This document shows, piece by piece, positions 59,465-64,000 of a stretch of 64,000 nucleotides of DNA (positions within the stretch are counted from its first letter, which is position 1; each line of letters opens with the position of its first letter). The stretch covers positions 768,001 to 832,000 of the forward strand of contig CAWBOC010000005.1 in assembly GCA_963790305.1 (NCBI GenBank), written 5' to 3'. Source of the stretch: an uncultured Gemmatimonadaceae bacterium (GTDB lineage Bacteria; Gemmatimonadota; Gemmatimonadetes; Gemmatimonadales; Gemmatimonadaceae). The position numbers were made by a program, and so were the translations under genes. Under the pieces are notes generated by a model. The model saw nothing but the letters and a program-made list of their open reading frames with translations. It searched no databases and was not told the DNA's origin.

Positions 59465-60397
59465 ATGGCTCAGAGACGGTACACCATTGTCTTCTACGCC
59501 GCGGTTTTCATTGCGGCGATCGCGACCTACGGCGTCTATCGCGTACTGCAGGCGGCCAAGATGAGCGCTCGCGTCGCGACCAAGGCGGTCGTCGTCGCGG
59601 CGAAGGACATCCCTGCCGGCGCCGCCCTCGACAAGCCAGCACTCGAGGTGAAGCAGTGGCCTGCCGTCGCGGTCCCCAAGGAAGCAATGTCGAGCCTCAA
59701 TGTGGCCGCGGGTCGCGTTGCGCGAGTTCCGATCTTTGCGGGAGAGGCGATCGTTGCGGGACGGCTCGCGCGCGCGGGCACGGCGCCGGGTCTGGAGGCG
59801 CGTATCGCCCCGGGGATGCGGGCGATGTCGGTCCGGATCAATGACGTGGCCGGCATGAGCGGCCTCGTTCAGCCGAACAGCCGGGTCAATGTGCTCGTGT
59901 CGTTGCGTGAGTCGAACAACAGCGCCACCGAGGAAGTCTCCAAGCTGTTCCTGGAGAACATGCGGGTGCTCTCAATGGGCTCGCGCACCACCCGTGACGA
60001 CACCGGCGAGCCGACTCCCGCCACGACGGCTACGCTCGAGGTGACACCGACGCAGGCGGAAAAGCTCGCTGTCGCAATGCGCCAGGGGACGATTCAGCTC
60101 GTCCTGCGCGGCTTCGACGATGGCGACACGACGGAGACGAAGGGATCGACCTCGTCCGAGGTGCTGGCGCAACTCCGTGCGGCCAAGCCGGCCCCTGTGG
60201 TCGCGCAAGCTCCGACACGTCCCGCTCGCTCGACGCCGAGGCGGCAGCCCGAGGTCGAGCGCCCGATTCCGCCGGCCGTCGCCGTGGCCCCACCGGTTGC
60301 GAAGCCGGACTCACTGACGGTTCGAGTTTATCGCGGCAATCAGGTCAGCCAGCAGAAATTCCAGGTCGACACAGCCAACGGTAACGGGACGCCATGA
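59465..60397 (+). CDS. cpaB: Flp pilus assembly protein CpaB/RcpC
   Basis: SAF domain VVVAAKDIPAG; GMRAMSV, G.VQP..RV.V, TLEVTP.QAEKL. Confidence 0.9.
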   Translation: MAQRRYTIVFYAAVFIAAIATYGVYRVLQAAKMSARVATKAVVVAAKDIPAGAALDKPALEVKQWPAVAVPKEAMSSLNVAAGRVARVPIFAGEAIVAGRLARAGTAPGLEARIAPGMRAMSVRINDVAGMSGLVQPNSRVNVLVSLRESNNSATEEVSKLFLENMRVLSMGSRTTRDDTGEPTPATTATLEVTPTQAEKLAVAMRQGTIQLVLRGFDDGDTTETKGSTSSEVLAQLRAAKPAPVVAQAPTRPARSTPRRQPEVERPIPPAVAVAPPVAKPDSLTVRVYRGNQVSQQKFQVDTANGNGTP

Positions 60398-60434
60398 GCG
60401 TCTGCCGCGCCTCATTCGTACGCCAGGAGCTCTC

Positions 60435-61580
60435 TTGAACCGCCTCACCGCGATGTCCACGCGCGTTGTGCTCGCCGCCATGATCACGTTCACGGCGACG
60501 ACCGCCGCGGCACAGGCGCTTCAGGTCACGCGCATCGATCTCCCGATCGGCCGCTCATATCCGATCTCGACCACGGTGCCCATCTCTCGTGTGTCGATCG
60601 CCGCGCCGGGAGTAGCCGACGTGATCGTCATTGGGGAGCGGGAGGTCGTGATCAATGCGCTCACCGCTGGTGAGACCGACGCGATCATTTGGCAGGCAAA
60701 TGGCACCCGCCAGCACTATCGCGTCTCGGTGCACTCGCCCGCCGACCGCATGCAGATCGCCCTTCACATCAAGTTCGCGGAAGTGCGGCGCGATGCCTTA
60801 CGCGAGCTGAGCGTGTCCGGCGCGATATACGACAAGAACGTCAACGCGAGCTCCGGGCTCATCGACCCACGGAGCATCTTTCCCGCCGACAGTCTGATCA
60901 TCACCGCCACGCGCCGCTTCCTCTCGATCTTCACGGACTTCGGCACGGACAGGCTCGTCAGCTGGATCGAGGCGCAGGAGCAGGCCGGCCGGGCGAAGGT
61001 GCTCGCCGAGCCGACGATCCTCGCCGCGAACAAGGAGGAGGCGAACTTCCTCGCCGGCGGTGAGCTCCCTGTGCCGGTGGTCCAGGCGGGCGCCGGCGAC
61101 GCATCCGGGTCGCGCGTCACCATCGAGTACCGTGAGTTCGGCGTCCGGCTGAACTTCATGGGCGAGATCATCAGTGATTCGCTCGTGAAGCTGCGCGTTC
61201 GTCCCGAGGTCTCGAGCCTCGATTTCGTGAACGCCGTGCTCGTCTCCGGATTCCGGGTACCCGCCTTCCGCACGCGCCGCATCGAGAGCACGGTCGACGT
61301 CCGACGCGACCGCAGTCTCATCATCTCCGGAATGTTCAACACCGAGGAAGAGCGCGTGAAGACGGGGATTCCCCTGCTCATGCACATCCCGATTCTCGGA
61401 CAGCTCTTCTCGAGCACCCGGTTTCAGAAGAACGAGTCGGAGCTCGTCGTCATTGTCACGCCGGTGATCATCGACCCGATGCGGCCGCCGCCGGAGCACA
61501 CGATTCAGCTGGTTCCCGACACGACGCTTCCGGCCCGTGAGGCGCTGGAGAAGCGGTTGCCGCCGGGTGCACGGCCCTAG
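60435..61580 (+). CDS. cpaC: Tad secretin CpaC/RcpA
   Basis: LAEP, FLAGGELP, EFGVRL, PEVS.LD, IP.L..IPILG.LF, ELVVIVTP. Confidence 0.9.
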   Translation: MNRLTAMSTRVVLAAMITFTATTAAAQALQVTRIDLPIGRSYPISTTVPISRVSIAAPGVADVIVIGEREVVINALTAGETDAIIWQANGTRQHYRVSVHSPADRMQIALHIKFAEVRRDALRELSVSGAIYDKNVNASSGLIDPRSIFPADSLIITATRRFLSIFTDFGTDRLVSWIEAQEQAGRAKVLAEPTILAANKEEANFLAGGELPVPVVQAGAGDASGSRVTIEYREFGVRLNFMGEIISDSLVKLRVRPEVSSLDFVNAVLVSGFRVPAFRTRRIESTVDVRRDRSLIISGMFNTEEERVKTGIPLLMHIPILGQLFSSTRFQKNESELVVIVTPVIIDPMRPPPEHTIQLVPDTTLPAREALEKRLPPGARP

Positions 61581-61587
61581 CGTGTCG

Positions 61588-62778
61588 ATGCTACGCAAGG
61601 CGCTCATCGTCGCCGGCGCGGCCGGCCCGACGGATGCGGCGAAAGCCGTATTGGCGCGCTTCGGCTTCGCTGAGCCGAGCGCGTCGATTGACGTCAGCAC
61701 GGCGTTGTCGGAGCTGCAGAATCAGACCTACGATCTGCTGTTGCTTCCGCTCCAGGAGCTCGACTCCCTCCAGCTGGCGGCGGTCGAGCGCGCGCTTCGC
61801 GCAGGACGCGTGTCGTTTACGATTGGCACCGCACCGCGCGCCGAGCCGGACCTGATCCTTCGCGCGATGCGCTCGGGGATCCAGGAGTTCCTCGTCTACC
61901 CGCCCGATCCGAAGGATCTGGCGACGGCGATCGACCGGCTCATGCGCCGCGCGAACGCGAATGGCCAGCGCGGAGCCGTCTACGCCCTGTACAGCGGCAA
62001 GGGTGGAGTCGGCACGACCTCGATCGCCGCGAATCTCGCCCACGCCCTGGCAAAGGGACAGAAGGACTCGCGCGTCGCGATCGCCGATCTCGTCGTCACC
62101 GACGGCGACATCCGGGTCTTCCTGAACCTCAAGCCGGCGTACGACCTCGGCGATCTGGTGAAGAAGCTCGATCGCGTGGATGCCGAGCTCCTCTACTCGC
62201 TCATGACGCCGTACCGCGAGGGCATCTGGGCGCTGCCGGGTCCGGACAATCCCGAGCTCGACGATCTGCTCGATGGCGCGACGATCAGTACCATCGTCGA
62301 GCAGCTGCGCAGCCACTTCGCGTTCACGGTGCTCGACTGCGAGCATCACATGAGCGAGCGCACATTGGCGGCGATGGACATCGCCGACCGCATTCTGCTC
62401 GTCACGCAGCTGAACGTCCCAGCGCTGCGGAGCACGCAGCGGAGCCTCGCGATCTGCCGCCGGCTCGGGTACCCCAACGACAAGATGTGCGTCGTCGTGA
62501 ACCGCTATCAGTCCGGCGAAGTGTTGTCGCTCACCGACGCGACCGACGTTCTGAAGTGCGACGTGTTCTGGAAGCTTCCGAACGACTATCGCACCTCGGC
62601 GGGCGCGCTCATGAAGGGAATTCCCGTGGCGGAATTCGACTCCAGCTCCAAGCTGGCGTGGAGCTATGGACAGCTCGCGGCCAAGCTCGCGGGCGTGGGA
62701 GAGGTTGCTCGAAATGGTGCTCATCGTGGCGGCGTTCGGTCGCTGCGCGCCCTCCTCGGCATGAAAAAGAGAGCCTAA
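61588..62778 (+). CDS. cpaE: CpaE/TadZ (pseudo-receiver + ParA/MinD-like)
   Basis: AMRSG..EFL..P, KGGVGTTSIAANLA, VVNR. Confidence 0.88.
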   Translation: MLRKALIVAGAAGPTDAAKAVLARFGFAEPSASIDVSTALSELQNQTYDLLLLPLQELDSLQLAAVERALRAGRVSFTIGTAPRAEPDLILRAMRSGIQEFLVYPPDPKDLATAIDRLMRRANANGQRGAVYALYSGKGGVGTTSIAANLAHALAKGQKDSRVAIADLVVTDGDIRVFLNLKPAYDLGDLVKKLDRVDAELLYSLMTPYREGIWALPGPDNPELDDLLDGATISTIVEQLRSHFAFTVLDCEHHMSERTLAAMDIADRILLVTQLNVPALRSTQRSLAICRRLGYPNDKMCVVVNRYQSGEVLSLTDATDVLKCDVFWKLPNDYRTSAGALMKGIPVAEFDSSSKLAWSYGQLAAKLAGVGEVARNGAHRGGVRSLRALLGMKKRA

Positions 62779-62781
62779 CGA

Positions 62782-64000
62782 ATGTCGCTGCGCGAACGTC
62801 TCATGGGCGTCAAGTCGAACGGCGGTAACCGGACAGCGGCCCCGCCGCCGCCGACCCGTCCTGCGGCCGCCGAACCCGTGACCTACGGCGAGTACGCCCC
62901 CCCACCGCGGCCCAAGGAGCGTGCGTCCGGGATGTACACCGGCGGGCGCGGCCGCGAGCAGCCCACGCTGAGCGCCGTCGAGCAGCTCAAGGTCGACCTG
63001 CATCGCCGCCTGATCGAGCGCCTCGACCTCGAGGCGCTGGAGCAGGTGAAGGATGAAGCGGAGCTGTCGCGGCAGATCCGCGCCGCCGTCGTCGAGTTCC
63101 TGCGCGCCGAGCAGACGCCGCTGAGCCAGAACGAGCGCGAGGAAGTCGTCGAGCAGATCGTGTACGAGATCATCGGACTCGGCCCCATCGAGCCGCTGTT
63201 CCGCGACCCGACGATCAGCGACATCCTCGTCAACGGCGCGCACGAGATCTACATCGAGCGCTACGGCAAGCTCGTGCGCGTGCCGGCGTCGTTCCGTAAC
63301 GATGCGCATCTGCTGTCCGTCATCGATCGCATCGTGAGCAAGGTCGGCCGTCGTGTCGACGAGTCGTCACCGATGGTGGACGCCCGCTTGCCCGATGGAT
63401 CACGCGTCAACGCGATCATCCCGCCGCTGGCGCTCGACGGGCCGGTGCTCTCGATCCGGCGCTTCGAGGCTGATCTCGCCGTTCAGCAGCTGATTCAGAA
63501 TGGCACGCTCACCGAGAGCATGATTCGTCTGCTCGCGGGCTGCGTGCATGCACGGCTCAACATCGTGATCTCGGGCGGTACGGGCTCCGGCAAGACGACG
63601 CTGCTCAACGCGCTCAGCTCCTTCGTGCCTGCCGACGAGCGCATCATCACGATCGAGGATGCCGCCGAATTGCGGCTCAATCAGGAGCACGTCGTGCGCC
63701 TGGAGACGCGGCCGCCGAACGCGGAAGGCCGCGGTGAAGTGATCTCACGTGACCTGGTGAAGAACGCGCTTCGTATGCGTCCCGACCGTATCATCGTTGG
63801 TGAGGTGCGGTCCGCCGAAGCGCTGGACATGCTGCAGGCGATGAACACCGGCCACGAGGGCTCGCTGACGACGATTCACGCCAACACACCGCGTGACGCG
63901 TTGGCCCGTCTCGAGACGATGATTCTCATGGCGGGAACAGCGCTGCCCACGCGCGCGATGCGCGAGCAGATCTCGTCGGCCGTCGATGTGATGATCCAGA
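62782..64000 (+). CDS. cpaF: CpaF/TadA assembly ATPase (3'-truncated by the window end)
   Basis: Read directly: [64 protein letters not shown]. Confidence 0.93.
   Translation, partial: MSLRERLMGVKSNGGNRTAAPPPPTRPAAAEPVTYGEYAPPPRPKERASGMYTGGRGREQPTLSAVEQLKVDLHRRLIERLDLEALEQVKDEAELSRQIRAAVVEFLRAEQTPLSQNEREEVVEQIVYEIIGLGPIEPLFRDPTISDILVNGAHEIYIERYGKLVRVPASFRNDAHLLSVIDRIVSKVGRRVDESSPMVDARLPDGSRVNAIIPPLALDGPVLSIRRFEADLAVQQLIQNGTLTESMIRLLAGCVHARLNIVISGGTGSGKTTLLNALSSFVPADERIITIEDAAELRLNQEHVVRLETRPPNAEGRGEVISRDLVKNALRMRPDRIIVGEVRSAEALDMLQAMNTGHEGSLTTIHANTPRDALARLETMILMAGTALPTRAMREQISSAVDVMIQ

Noticed and set aside
1..64000. tRNA, rRNA, IS/transposase or integrase genes
   Set aside because: No cloverleaf, rRNA-like segment, or DDE/tyrosine/serine recombinase motif was recognised; intergenic gaps are short and mostly explained.

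Overview
High-GC (roughly two-thirds by eye) bacterial chromosomal window of about 60 protein-coding genes. Gemmatimonadota origin is likely (inferred from gene families and style, not proven). No rRNA, tRNA, CRISPR array, transposase or integrase is visible. Many genes carry single-base frameshifts, densest at 13.5-16.9 kb, 22.6-25.6 kb and 38-43 kb; these look like long-read consensus errors. Recognisable modules: PolD/Prim-Pol + LigC pair; Gfo/Idh/MocA + DUF1080; Sel1 lipoprotein + four-gene ABC transporter; RsbQ-like hydrolase + PAS histidine kinase; mscL; YciF/DUF421 and ElaB/YqjE/DUF3618 stress clusters; cyanophycin operon; GGDEF cyclase; pruA; nfo; SWIB protein; lepB; orphan GroES + bacilliredoxin; and a Tad/Flp pilus locus running off the end. 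Best leads: (1) an OsmC-family gene with an in-frame TGA exactly at the first catalytic Cys, followed by a SECIS-like hairpin (probable selenoprotein); (2) a second cphA-like gene that keeps an intact N-domain metallo-hydrolase motif but lacks the ATP-grasp domain and the Mur P-loop; (3) a frequently recurring (C)GTTAGGC motif on both strands; (4) sigma54-type promoters in front of general-stress genes; (5) several families of intergenic palindromes built from 7- or 9-mer tandem units.
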